Assembly: GCF_000020385.1 (NCBI RefSeq)
Contig: NC_010814.1
Location: 2,220,001-2,252,000, forward strand
DNA: 32,000 bases
Reading direction: 5' to 3'
Origin: Trichlorobacter lovleyi SZ
GTDB taxonomy: Bacteria > Desulfobacterota > Desulfuromonadia > Geobacterales > Pseudopelobacteraceae
Shown in pieces: positions 15,180 through 24,626 of this stretch. Position numbers and translations under genes: made by a program. Numbering within the stretch: the first letter of the stretch is position 1; every line of letters begins with the position of its first letter. The notes under the pieces were generated by a model. It ran no database searches. It saw nothing but the letters and a program-made list of their open reading frames with translations, and was not told where the DNA came from.

Positions 15180-16820
15180 TCAATATCTCTGCTCCATCCT
15201 GGGCACATACCACCTGATCAGATTATGCCCAATCCCAGCAGGGGCAGGCTCTATGCCGCGAATACGAGACGAAACAACCGGCAGCGCATCTGGCACATAA
15301 AGGAAGGTGTAGGGTTGTTCCTCAGCCAGGATATCCTGAATCCGGTAGTAGGCCTGTTTACGTTTTTCAATATCAAAGGTGCTACGCCCTTCTTCCAGCA
15401 GACGGTCCACTTCAGGGTTGTTGTAGCCGATAAAATTCAGCTCCCCTGGTTTGGTCTTGCTGGAATGCCAGATGTCGTACATATCCGGATCCTGTGAGGT
15501 AAGCCAGGCCAGCAGCACCACCTCAAAATTACCTTTGTCAATAAACTCTTTCAGGAAAGCAGCCCATTCCACAACCCTGATCCGTACATCAATTCCGACC
15601 TGTTTCAGGCGTTGCTGAATAATCTGGGCTGTCATCAAGCGTTGCTGATTCCCCTGGTTTGTCAGGATGGTAAAACGCAGCGGTTTGCCGTCTTTTTGCA
15701 AAAAACCGTCCGGTCCGGCCTGCCATCCCGCTTCTGCCAGCAGCTGCCGGGCATAGGCCGGGTCATAGGCAATATCCTTCACATTCGGGTTATGCGCCCA
15801 TCGGCCTGGTATCATCGGACCATTGGCCTTTTGTCCCATGCCAAACAGCACCCCCTGGATCAGTTCCTGTTTGTTGATGGCAGCGGTTATGGCACGACGG
15901 ACACGTGTATCTTTGAACGTCGGATGGCGCAGATTGTAGCCAAGGTAGAGGTAGCCATTTGACGGGTAACGATATTTGTTAAAGGCAGATTTGAAACGCG
16001 ACGAATCGGTCTGCCTGGCAAATTGCACCGGGGTCAACCCCATCTGATCAATGCCGCCAGCCTTCAGCTCCATATACATGGTGGAAGTATCAGGAATCAA
16101 ACGAAAAACGTATCGATCAAGATAGGGACGCCCTTCAAAGTAGTCCTTGTTGGCCTCCAGCACGATTTTCTGGCCAGCCACCCACTCTGCAAAACGGAAC
16201 GGCCCGGTGCCGACAGGCTTGCGGGCCAGTGGACTCCTGGTGATATCCTGTCCTTCCAGTAGATGGCTGGGCAGGACCGCCACGCCCCACGAGGCAAGGG
16301 ATGGCGCATAGGGCCTTGCATAACGTACCACCACAGTATGAGCATCCGGTGCCGCAACCGCAGCAACCTGTTTGAAGTCTTCTGAATAGGCAGTGGGGGT
16401 TTTGGGATCAATAATGACACGGTAGGTATAGAGCACATCACGTGACGTAAACGGCTTGCCATCATGCCAGGTGACGTTACGACGCAGCTTGAAGGTAATG
16501 GTCAGGCCATCGGATGAGACCAGATATGATTCTGCAAGGTCACCGACAATTTTGAGGTTTTTGTCGTATTTTATCAGGCCGTTGTAGATCAGACCTGCCA
16601 CGCTGTGGGAGGCACTGTCAGAGGCAAGAATGGGGATCAGGGTGGATGCTTCACCAATGGTACCCTCAACCAGCGTGTCGCCGTAGGCCGGTGGTGCTGC
16701 AGAAACGTTCTGCTTGGCGGGAGGGGCCTCACTACCTGTGCAGGCTGCACACAGCAGCCAGAGAACAACCGGTAAGGTGGCACGCAGACAGAAGCTTCGA
16801 AACCCGCCCTTTACGGTCAT
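15180..16820 (-). CDS. ABC transporter substrate-binding lipoprotein, family 5 (peptide/nickel/opine type)
   Basis: The 546-aa ORF has a lipobox (LLCAAC|TGS) and family-5 SBP-like sequence throughout (e.g. GPFRFAEWVAGQKIVLEANKDYFEGRPYLD, PDMYDIWHSS). It overlaps the upstream TPR gene by 4 nt. Confidence 0.88.
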   Translation of the reverse strand: MTVKGGFRSFCLRATLPVVLWLLCAACTGSEAPPAKQNVSAAPPAYGDTLVEGTIGEASTLIPILASDSASHSVAGLIYNGLIKYDKNLKIVGDLAESYLVSSDGLTITFKLRRNVTWHDGKPFTSRDVLYTYRVIIDPKTPTAYSEDFKQVAAVAAPDAHTVVVRYARPYAPSLASWGVAVLPSHLLEGQDITRSPLARKPVGTGPFRFAEWVAGQKIVLEANKDYFEGRPYLDRYVFRLIPDTSTMYMELKAGGIDQMGLTPVQFARQTDSSRFKSAFNKYRYPSNGYLYLGYNLRHPTFKDTRVRRAITAAINKQELIQGVLFGMGQKANGPMIPGRWAHNPNVKDIAYDPAYARQLLAEAGWQAGPDGFLQKDGKPLRFTILTNQGNQQRLMTAQIIQQRLKQVGIDVRIRVVEWAAFLKEFIDKGNFEVVLLAWLTSQDPDMYDIWHSSKTKPGELNFIGYNNPEVDRLLEEGRSTFDIEKRKQAYYRIQDILAEEQPYTFLYVPDALPVVSSRIRGIEPAPAGIGHNLIRWYVPRMEQRY

Positions 16821-18517
16821 TTTTCTTCCAGTTCTCCGCGCAGAATCCGCCTGATTTTTTCATCCAAACCCTTTTTACGGGGATCCAAAGCCCGTGCCTT
16901 TTTGTAGTATTTCAGGGCATGTTTCGGTTCCTTGCGGGCAAGATGGGCATCCCCGAGATGTTCAAGAATAGTCGGGTCATCAGCCACCAGCTCAACTGAT
17001 TTTTCAAGATACCGGACAGCATCATCGTAGCGTTTCATCTGGTAATAGACCCAGCCCAGGCTATCAATGAAAAAACCATCATCCGGTCTGATTTCCAGGG
17101 CTCGTTTGACATGGGTCAGCGCTTCTTCAAGGTTGATTCCCATTTCAGCATAGGTATAGCCAAGAAAGTTGTGAGCCTGGGCATCCTTGGGATTTAACAC
17201 CACAACTTTTTTCATCCGTTCGATGGATTCCGGACGTTTGCCAAGCTTGTCGTATAATATTCCCATTCTGAACTGAAACCTGGGATCATCGGCGAAGCGC
17301 GCCTCAACCCCCTGCAGCAGCTTAAGACCTTCTGCAGGATGCTGCAGAGCATCGTGGAGTGTTGCCAGAGAGAGATACAGATCAAGCTTGTCCTGGTTGG
17401 CGGCAATCGTCTGCTCCAACAGCCTGACAGCCTCATCCCCTCTGCCCAGTTCTTTATAGATGAACGCCAAATGGCCAACCGCTTCAGGATAAACCGGTGC
17501 ATCGGCCGGAATTTTATGAAATTCTACAACAGCCCGCTCAAGCTCGTTCTTTTCTTCAAAAGCACTCCCCAGATAGAGCCGAATCTGGTGTGCATCCGGA
17601 TCGGTCTCCAGCATTTGAGAGAATACTTTAATTGCATCATCGTACTGTTCAAGCTCCAGATAGATCAAACCGATTTTACGATTGGTCTCGGCTGTTGCCA
17701 GACCCATCTGATCCAGCTTCTTGAGATAGGTCAAGGCATCCTCATAACGCCTGTTCTGTATAAACAGCTGAATCAGGTGTTGAATCAGAGGAGCCCGGTT
17801 TTCTGCATCCTCAAGGGCATTTTTGTATGCTGCAATCGCCTTGTCATACTCCCCGAGCGCCTCGTACGAAATAGCCATATCAATGGTTGCCTGAATAAAT
17901 TCCGGCCTCAGTTCAAGCGCTTTCTGATAATAGCCGATTGATTCCCGGTACAACTTCATCTGGCTGTAGACTTTGGCCAGATAGTAATTACCTACGGCAG
18001 ATTCCGGCTTAACTTTAATCAATGATTTCAGCACAGTTACCGACTCTTCATATTCAAAAAGCTGCATCAGAGTCGTCACCAGGTGCAATACGGCATCTTC
18101 CTTGCCCGGCTCAAGCCTGACCGCATTCCGGAGGTAGGCCGCGGCCTCCTTGGTCTTACCCATTGTGGACATGATACTGCCGCCCAGTAGATAGGAAGGT
18201 CGATAATCAGGTGCCACCTTAATAGCACGGTCAACAGCGGCCAGAGAGTCTTGCACACGGCCTGATTTCAGCAATATTTCAGCTTCCAGCAGGATCGGAT
18301 AGGGCGTGACAGGATCGGCGGTTTGGGCCTGACGTGTCAGTATCAGGGCCTGTTCAACGTTTCCTTCGTTCCAGAAAAGACGGGCTTGGGCATAGGCGCC
18401 CAGTCCACTATGGAGATGAGCAGAGGCGACACCATCCTCTGGAGAATCGGCAGGACGAACAGAACCGCAGGCTGCAAGCAGACAGAGACCAACACAGCAA
18501 AGCAAGTATCGTAACAT
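16817..18517 (-). CDS. TPR-repeat lipoprotein
   Basis: The 566-aa ORF has a lipobox (CLLAAC|GS) followed by about 12-14 consecutive TPR units (repeated A..Y..AL...P pattern). Confidence 0.8.
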   Translation of the reverse strand: MLRYLLCCVGLCLLAACGSVRPADSPEDGVASAHLHSGLGAYAQARLFWNEGNVEQALILTRQAQTADPVTPYPILLEAEILLKSGRVQDSLAAVDRAIKVAPDYRPSYLLGGSIMSTMGKTKEAAAYLRNAVRLEPGKEDAVLHLVTTLMQLFEYEESVTVLKSLIKVKPESAVGNYYLAKVYSQMKLYRESIGYYQKALELRPEFIQATIDMAISYEALGEYDKAIAAYKNALEDAENRAPLIQHLIQLFIQNRRYEDALTYLKKLDQMGLATAETNRKIGLIYLELEQYDDAIKVFSQMLETDPDAHQIRLYLGSAFEEKNELERAVVEFHKIPADAPVYPEAVGHLAFIYKELGRGDEAVRLLEQTIAANQDKLDLYLSLATLHDALQHPAEGLKLLQGVEARFADDPRFQFRMGILYDKLGKRPESIERMKKVVVLNPKDAQAHNFLGYTYAEMGINLEEALTHVKRALEIRPDDGFFIDSLGWVYYQMKRYDDAVRYLEKSVELVADDPTILEHLGDAHLARKEPKHALKYYKKARALDPRKKGLDEKIRRILRGELEEK

Positions 18518-18700
18518 GGAACACCACCCAGAATTCAGCAGGTTGCAGAAATAATTAAGTATTAAACGCTACCATACAACCGGACGAGCGTCAAACGATT
18601 CCGTTGAAAGAAGATTTCATCGGCCTTCGGTTGCGTGTGGTATGGTTCGATGGTAAGATTTCACGCGTCTGATCTGAACTTGAAAGGAGCTGTATGCCCC

Positions 18701-18964
18701 ATGTGGCACTCAACCAGACATAGAATTCTCAGACGGCTGCATTTGCGGGAGTCATGGGTGATCTTCTTTGTACTGGGAAATGTCATGCTCAACTTCCCGT
18801 TTCTTAAAATATTCAATCAACCCAGCACATTATTCGGATTCCCTCTACTGTATCTCTATTTCACGGTCGGTTGGGCCATTTCAATCGGTGTCATCTATCT
18901 GTTTGCCAGTTCGGTTGAGCCGGAGCCCGGTGATCAACAGTCAGAAGAGCAGGCCCCGCCGTGA
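18701..18964 (+). CDS. Small two-TM membrane protein (DUF3311-like companion of solute:sodium symporter-type domains)
   Basis: The protein MWHSTRHRILRRL...WVIFFVLGNVMLNFPFL...FGFPLLYLYFTVGWAISIGVIYLFA has two hydrophobic helices. An AAAGGAG SD at 18683-18689 lies 11 nt upstream of the ATG at 18701. Its stop overlaps the GTG of the next gene (GTGA). The start is uncertain, since the track ORF begins at 18635. Confidence 0.6.
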   Translation: MWHSTRHRILRRLHLRESWVIFFVLGNVMLNFPFLKIFNQPSTLFGFPLLYLYFTVGWAISIGVIYLFASSVEPEPGDQQSEEQAPP

Positions 18965-21900
18965 CGCTGAACATCCTGCATGTTACCGCTATTGCAGCCG
19001 CCTATACCGGACTGCTGTTTCTGGTGGCCTGGTATGCACGCAGACGCTTTGAACAGGGCCGTAGTCTGGTCAACAACCCCTATGTCTACAGCCTCTCCAT
19101 AGCGGTCTATTGTACATCCTGGACGTTCTACGGCAGCGTCGGCAAAGCTGCCACCAGCGGAATCGACTTTTTGATGATCTACCTTGGGCCATCGCTGGTC
19201 GCTTTTTCCTGGTTCTTTATCCTGCGACGCATTATCAGGATCAGCAAAGAAAACAATGTCTCCTCCATTGCCGATTTCATCAGTCTGCGGTATGGCAGCT
19301 CCCAGTTGCTTGGTTCCCTGATCACCCTGATAGCAGTACTGGGGATCATGCCGTATATTGCTTTGCAAATAAAGGCGGTGGTAACCTCCTTTGCACTGGT
19401 CAGCGGAGTTACTGAGCGAACTATCACCCTGCCCGGTGCGGATTCATCCGTAATACTCCCCACCGGTTTAACGCTGGCAGTCATACTCTCGATTTTCGGT
19501 GTGATCTTCGGTGCCCGGCGCCTCCCCTCAACTGAACGTCATGAAGGATTGATTGCCGCCGTCGCATTTGAGTCGGTGGTAAAGCTGGTCAGCCTGGTCG
19601 GGGTGGGAGTCTTTGTCACCTGGTATCTGTTTGACGGTTTTGAAGACATTTTATTCCGTTTTCACACCCAGTATCCGCTGTTGTTTGAACGCTTGTTTAC
19701 CCTCAATACGACACAAGGCAACGATGTCATCCCTTCTTCAACCATGTTGTTCCTGTCCATGGGGGCGATCATCCTGCTACCGCGTCAGTTCCATGTGCTT
19801 GTCATAGAAAATGCTGATTTAAGACATATCAGCAAGGCAATGTGGCTCTTTCCCACCTACCTGTTCCTGATCAACCTGTTTATCATGCCGATCGCCCTGG
19901 GTGGTATCCTGCAAAGCGGCAGCAATATAGGTGCGGACTATTTTGTAATCAGTGTGCCTCTGGCCGCAGGGAATGAATCAATGGCACTACTGGCCTTCCT
20001 GGGGGGGCTGTCTGCTGCGGCCGGTATGGTCATGGTTGAATCCGTAGCCATTTCCACCATGCTGCTCAACAACCTGTTCATGCCGGTCATTGTCAGGATC
20101 ACTCCCAAGCAATGGTTTCCACTGCTGCTGATCAACCTGAAGCGGGTAGCGATCTTTCTGGTGGTTTTTTTAGGTTACTTCTACTATCAGGCAGTTGGTG
20201 ACTCCTTCATGCTGGTCAATATGGGACTAATCTCGTTTTTGGCGGCAATGCAGTTTTTGCCGGCCTTGCTGGGGGGATTATACTGGCCAAAAGGGAATAA
20301 AATAGGTGCCATATCCGGTATGGCGCTGGGCTTTATCATCTGGTCTTACACCCTGTTGATCCCGTCTTTCTTCGCTGCCGTACCGGACAGCCCGATTATG
20401 CGGGATGGCCTGTTCGGCCAGGCACTGCTGAAACCCACGGCCCTGTTTGGCCTGACCGGCATGGATATGTGGAGTCATGCGCTGTTCTGGAGCATGCTGT
20501 TCAATGTGGGCGCCTATCTGGTCTGTTCGCTGCTTATCTCGCAAAGTGACCTTGAAAAGGAGCAGGTCCGCCGTTTCATCGGCAAGTTTGAAACTGAACG
20601 GCGCCAGGTCAAAAGTGCTGCCAAACGCCTTTCAAAACCGGTTACCATCCCGCAGTTCATCGGTCTGATGGGTAAATTTATCGGACCCGAAGAGGCCTCA
20701 CAGGCTATGACCAGCTACCTGAAGGGACGGATGATCGACGAGGAAATCATGGTTCCCGAATTTGAGCTGCCGGCCATGAAACGCTTTGTCGAGCGGACCC
20801 TGGCCGCTTCAGTGGGAGCGGCAGCAGCAGGCGCCATCATGGACAGTTATCTGTCCGATATGGGTAGCCGGATGGAGTCGGTCTACGATATTTTCAGCAC
20901 CGTCAGGGCCTCCCTTGACCAGAGCCGTGAAGCATTATATGTCCGCCTCAAGGCCTCTGAGATCATCAACCGCACCCTTGACCTGCAGACAATCATGGAT
21001 GAACTGCTGCAATTGCTGCTCAAGGAGTTCAGGCTTGACGTCGCCCTGATCCAGATCCGCACCAGCAGTGACGTGCCGCTGTCTGTGCAGAGCTACCAGG
21101 GCTGTGACCGCCGCCCCATCAATCCTGAACACTGGTATCTGGAGAGTGACCCCTACATCAAGATGGCAATGATCGACCAGACCACCCACTTCGTCAATGA
21201 CATCAAAAACCTGCAAGCGATCATCGATCTCTCGAAGACGACATCTGAAGGTTTCGTCTCATTTGCGCATATTCCGATCTATCGCGAGGGTGAAGAGAGC
21301 CTGGGTGTGTTGTCGGTGTACTCAAAATCCATTATCGGTCTCTTTACGGAAGAATTTGTCGGCCTGCTGACCAGTCTGACCGGCCAGCTTGCGCAGGCTG
21401 CCCGCCTGGCCAGTGAAATGCAGGCCAAAGAGCGGGAGCGCCGGGAAAAGGAACAGGCCTTGCTGGCCAATGCACGGGTCAAGCGCGATATGGAGATTGC
21501 GGAACAGATCCAGCTTTCACTGTTGCCTGCCTCCCCGCCGGTTCTATTCGGGATTGAACTTGCCGGACGTTGCTATCCAGCAGCCCATGTCGGTGGTGAT
21601 TACTATGATTTTTTCAAACGTGATGATCACACCATTGATCTTCTGATCGCCGATGTTTCCGGCCATAGTGTTGGGGCAGCCCTGATCATGGCTGAGGTGC
21701 GCACCCTGTTGCGCGCCCATTCCAGCCGGGCAGTCAGTCCCAGCAGCATCCTGGGTGTCCTTAACAGCCAACTCTACGAAGATCTGACCAGAGCGGAACT
21801 GTTCATCACCATGTTCTACGCCCGCTACAGCGCAGCCACCGGCCGCCTGTCCTATGCCAACGCCGGGCATAACAAACCGCTGATACACCGCCAGGGTGAG

Positions 21901-22209
21901 CAGAGTTGCATAGAGCTTGATGCAGAGGGATTGATTCTCGGTATCAAACCATCCATGATCTTTGAAGAGCGCTCCATAAATCTGCAGCAAGGCGACACGC
22001 TGCTCTTTTATACCGACGGCATTCCCGAGGCGACCAACCGCACCGGAGAACTGTTGGGAACCGGCCAGGTCTGTCAACACCTCACTCTGCAGAGCACCTT
22101 ACCGGTGGACACAATTGCCGACTCGTTCTTTGAGCTGGTTAAAGAGTACAGTCAGAGTACAACCCTTCAGGATGATGTCTCAATGGTAGTTATGAAAATT
22201 GTCGCCTAA
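18961..22209 (+). CDS. Sensor phosphatase: SLC5/sodium-solute-symporter-like membrane domain + STAC-like linker + GAF + PP2C/SpoIIE serine phosphatase
   Basis: The N-terminal roughly 520 aa are polytopic and carry the YCTSWTFYGSVG and PYIALQIKAV motifs typical of SLC5-type sensor domains (CbrA/CrbS-like). A helical linker follows (PQFIGLMGKFIGPEEA...FVERTLAASVGAAAAGAIM), then a GAF-like region. The C-terminus is PP2C/SpoIIE (GGDYYDF, LLIADVSGHSVGAAL, YANAGHN, LLFYTDGI, QDDVSMVVM). Confidence 0.85.
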   Translation: MTLNILHVTAIAAAYTGLLFLVAWYARRRFEQGRSLVNNPYVYSLSIAVYCTSWTFYGSVGKAATSGIDFLMIYLGPSLVAFSWFFILRRIIRISKENNVSSIADFISLRYGSSQLLGSLITLIAVLGIMPYIALQIKAVVTSFALVSGVTERTITLPGADSSVILPTGLTLAVILSIFGVIFGARRLPSTERHEGLIAAVAFESVVKLVSLVGVGVFVTWYLFDGFEDILFRFHTQYPLLFERLFTLNTTQGNDVIPSSTMLFLSMGAIILLPRQFHVLVIENADLRHISKAMWLFPTYLFLINLFIMPIALGGILQSGSNIGADYFVISVPLAAGNESMALLAFLGGLSAAAGMVMVESVAISTMLLNNLFMPVIVRITPKQWFPLLLINLKRVAIFLVVFLGYFYYQAVGDSFMLVNMGLISFLAAMQFLPALLGGLYWPKGNKIGAISGMALGFIIWSYTLLIPSFFAAVPDSPIMRDGLFGQALLKPTALFGLTGMDMWSHALFWSMLFNVGAYLVCSLLISQSDLEKEQVRRFIGKFETERRQVKSAAKRLSKPVTIPQFIGLMGKFIGPEEASQAMTSYLKGRMIDEEIMVPEFELPAMKRFVERTLAASVGAAAAGAIMDSYLSDMGSRMESVYDIFSTVRASLDQSREALYVRLKASEIINRTLDLQTIMDELLQLLLKEFRLDVALIQIRTSSDVPLSVQSYQGCDRRPINPEHWYLESDPYIKMAMIDQTTHFVNDIKNLQAIIDLSKTTSEGFVSFAHIPIYREGEESLGVLSVYSKSIIGLFTEEFVGLLTSLTGQLAQAARLASEMQAKERERREKEQALLANARVKRDMEIAEQIQLSLLPASPPVLFGIELAGRCYPAAHVGGDYYDFFKRDDHTIDLLIADVSGHSVGAALIMAEVRTLLRAHSSRAVSPSSILGVLNSQLYEDLTRAELFITMFYARYSAATGRLSYANAGHNKPLIHRQGEQSCIELDAEGLILGIKPSMIFEERSINLQQGDTLLFYTDGIPEATNRTGELLGTGQVCQHLTLQSTLPVDTIADSFFELVKEYSQSTTLQDDVSMVVMKIVA

Positions 22210-22226
22210 TTGAAAGGAGGAACGCA

Positions 22227-22562
22227 ATGAATCTGAAGCTTGAAGACAACGGACAGGTGGTGCTGCTGATCGTCAAGGAGGAACGGCTCGATGCCCATAA
22301 TTCTGAACATCTTAAACAGGAATTGGGCAGATTGTTCGGAGAGGGCAAGGCCAGGGTGGTGGTTGACCTGAAAGAAGTACGTTTTATCGACAGCTCAGGC
22401 TTGGGTGCGCTGGTATCAGGCTTCAAGAATGCTTCGGCCCGGCAGGCCGCCTTGAAACTTTCAAGCCTGCAGAGCCAGGTAAAATCGATGTTTGAGCTTA
22501 CCAGACTGCACCGGGTATTTGACATCTACACCACCGTTGATGAGGCAATTGAGGCGTTCTGA
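22227..22562 (+). CDS. STAS-domain anti-sigma-factor antagonist (RsbV/SpoIIAA-like)
   Basis: The 111-aa ORF has the conserved phospho-acceptor context FIDSSGLGALV. GGAGG lies upstream of the ATG, and the gene starts 17 nt after the phosphatase gene. Confidence 0.88.
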   Translation: MNLKLEDNGQVVLLIVKEERLDAHNSEHLKQELGRLFGEGKARVVVDLKEVRFIDSSGLGALVSGFKNASARQAALKLSSLQSQVKSMFELTRLHRVFDIYTTVDEAIEAF

Positions 22563-22584
22563 GCAGGACGTACGGAGAGCAGCG

Positions 22585-23016
22585 ATGAAAAATCAGATCG
22601 AGCTGCAGATCAAAGTACCCAATCAGACCCGCTATCTGAGCCTGATCGGACGGATCAGTGAAGAGCTTGCCGCCCAGCTGCAGAACTATAGCGGCGACCG
22701 GGAGGCTTTGGCCAACCAGATTAACGTGGTACTGACCGAGGCCCTGGTCAACGCTATTCGTCATGCCAATGCCGATAATCCTGATGAAGAGGTGGAGATC
22801 AGGATTAGCGTCACAGATGAAGAACTGCTGTTACAGGTAGTTGATCATGGCAGCGGGTTTAATCTGGCAGGCATTACACATTCGCCCGTGGTTGCAGGAG
22901 ATAACCTTGAGGATCATGGCAGGGGGCTGTACATTATGCGATCATTGATGGATTCCGTGGAATACCGTCAGGTTGAGGGCGGCAACATACTGGAAATGCG
23001 TAAACGTTTTCACTGA
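22585..23016 (+). CDS. Anti-sigma regulatory factor, Ser/Thr protein kinase (RsbW/SpoIIAB-like, HATPase_c_2)
   Basis: It has N-box EALVNAIRHA, G1 DHGSGF and G2 GRGLYIMRSL. The start was trimmed to ATG 22585 (GGAGAG SD at 22574-22579); the track ORF from 22492 would overlap the STAS gene. Confidence 0.85.
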   Translation: MKNQIELQIKVPNQTRYLSLIGRISEELAAQLQNYSGDREALANQINVVLTEALVNAIRHANADNPDEEVEIRISVTDEELLLQVVDHGSGFNLAGITHSPVVAGDNLEDHGRGLYIMRSLMDSVEYRQVEGGNILEMRKRFH

Positions 23017-24035
23017 GCCACGCTCACAGGATCGAAATAGTTGATAGTTTCACCGGAACTTGTCTGTACCTGCCAGACCGCCTCTCCAACTCTGGTCAGA
23101 CTGTCCGGCAGAACAGGCACCTTGCCTTTGCCTCCTGGCAGATCAATCACAAAATGAGGGATCGCCATACCAGAAATCTTTCCCCTGAGCGCCCCGATCA
23201 GCTGTCGGCCGTGTTCAAGCGGCGTCCGAAAGTGAGCCGTACCGCGCACCAGATCCATCTGATGCAGGTAGTATGGCCGGACTTGCAGCCGCAACAACCC
23301 GGTTAACAGTGCCTGCATGGTCGGACTGTCGTCATTCACTCCTTTCAGCAACACCGTCTGATTGCCCAGCGGCACCCCTACCGAGGCAAGCAGCCTGCAG
23401 GCCTGTGCAGCCTCTGAAGTCAACTCTTGTGGATGATTGAAATGGGTATTCAGGTAGAGGGGATGATGCTCTGCCAGCATGCGACAGAATGCGGGAGTAA
23501 TCCGGGCGGGTGCGGTAACCGGCATACGGCTGCCGATCCTGATAACTTCAACATGAGGGATTCTGCGCAGTGCCAACAGGATCTCATGCAGTTCATCATC
23601 TGACAACATCAACGGATCGCCACCCGACAGGATGATATCCCGCAGCTGAGGGGTCGCCGCAATATATTCCAGTGCTGCTGAAAGAGCGGGTTGGCCGCCT
23701 GCACAGCCTACTCTGCGCTTGCGCATGCAAAAACGGCAATAGGTAGCACAGCGATTGGATACCAGCAGGACTGCCCGATCCGGGTAGCGGTGAATCAGGC
23801 CCGGCACAGGACTCAAGCGTTCCTCATCCAATGGATCAGGATGTTGCTCTGTGTCCACAAGCTCCAGCAGTGATGGCACGCACTGTTGCCAGATCGGATC
23901 ATGGGGGGCGGTAATCAGGCCGGCGTAATAGCTGCTGATACGGTAGGGATAGAGATCTGCAACCGGTTTAAGCGGTGTTTCATCAAACTTGAAGCGATGG
24001 GCCAATTCAGCAAGGGATACGGTTTGAAACGGCAT
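23010..24035 (-). CDS. KamA-family radical SAM aminomutase (lysine 2,3-aminomutase / EpmB-like)
   Basis: It carries the CATYCRFCMRKRR (CxxxCxxC) radical-SAM cluster motif, and its length (341 aa) and layout resemble YjeK/EpmB. The ATG at 24035 shares one nt with the pgsA stop (TGATG); the TTG at 24038 in the track is less likely. Confidence 0.85.
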   Translation of the reverse strand: MPFQTVSLAELAHRFKFDETPLKPVADLYPYRISSYYAGLITAPHDPIWQQCVPSLLELVDTEQHPDPLDEERLSPVPGLIHRYPDRAVLLVSNRCATYCRFCMRKRRVGCAGGQPALSAALEYIAATPQLRDIILSGGDPLMLSDDELHEILLALRRIPHVEVIRIGSRMPVTAPARITPAFCRMLAEHHPLYLNTHFNHPQELTSEAAQACRLLASVGVPLGNQTVLLKGVNDDSPTMQALLTGLLRLQVRPYYLHQMDLVRGTAHFRTPLEHGRQLIGALRGKISGMAIPHFVIDLPGGKGKVPVLPDSLTRVGEAVWQVQTSSGETINYFDPVSVAQ

Positions 24036-24622
24036 CAACGGGCGATCACCTTGACGAACTTTGCAAGATAGTCAACACCTGACCAAACAGTCAGAACAAA
24101 GGCGATCCAGAAGAAAAACATGCCGGCATTATGCATATTAACCGTCAACAACGGATGGGCAATACCGAAAAACCAGTTATAGTCATAATGCAACAAAAGC
24201 CCAATGATCGCGGTAAGTTGAAAGATGGTCTTATACTTACCCAGGTCGGAGGCCTGGATCACAATTCCTTCCGAAGAGGCGATGCTGCGCAGGCCGGTAA
24301 TCACAATTTCCCGTGCCAGTACAACAAATACCATCCATGCCGGTACCCGGCCAAAAGGCAGAATCATGATCAGCGCTGCAGTCACAATCAGCTTGTCTGC
24401 TATCGGATCAAGAAACTTGCCGAATACGGTTTCAATGCCCATCCTGCGGGCTAGATGGCCATCAAACCAGTCAGTGGCAGAAGCAAGGGCAAACACCCAG
24501 GCAGCCCAGAAACAGGCCTCCCGCGAAGGTGAAAACAGCAAAACCACCATCAAAGGGATGCAGGCGACCCTGAACAGGGTCAGAATATTGGGGGGATTCA
24601 GAATGGGATGGTGCTGGGACAT
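24035..24622 (-). CDS. pgsA: CDP-diacylglycerol--glycerol-3-phosphate 3-phosphatidyltransferase
   Basis: The CDP-alcohol phosphatidyltransferase motif is DWFDGHLARRMGIETVFGKFLDPIADKL (D..DG..AR...G...D...D). It also has the NILTLFR N-terminus and multiple TM segments. Confidence 0.9.
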   Translation of the reverse strand: MSQHHPILNPPNILTLFRVACIPLMVVLLFSPSREACFWAAWVFALASATDWFDGHLARRMGIETVFGKFLDPIADKLIVTAALIMILPFGRVPAWMVFVVLAREIVITGLRSIASSEGIVIQASDLGKYKTIFQLTAIIGLLLHYDYNWFFGIAHPLLTVNMHNAGMFFFWIAFVLTVWSGVDYLAKFVKVIAR

Positions 24623-24626
24623 TGCA

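Noticed and set aside
14911-15300. Two ORFs (100 aa on the minus strand, 92 aa on the plus strand) lie in the pilA upstream region.
   Set aside because: Both overlap the 3' end of the solute-binding protein gene and the putative enhancer region. Neither has an SD or any recognisable motif, so the region is better explained as regulatory DNA.
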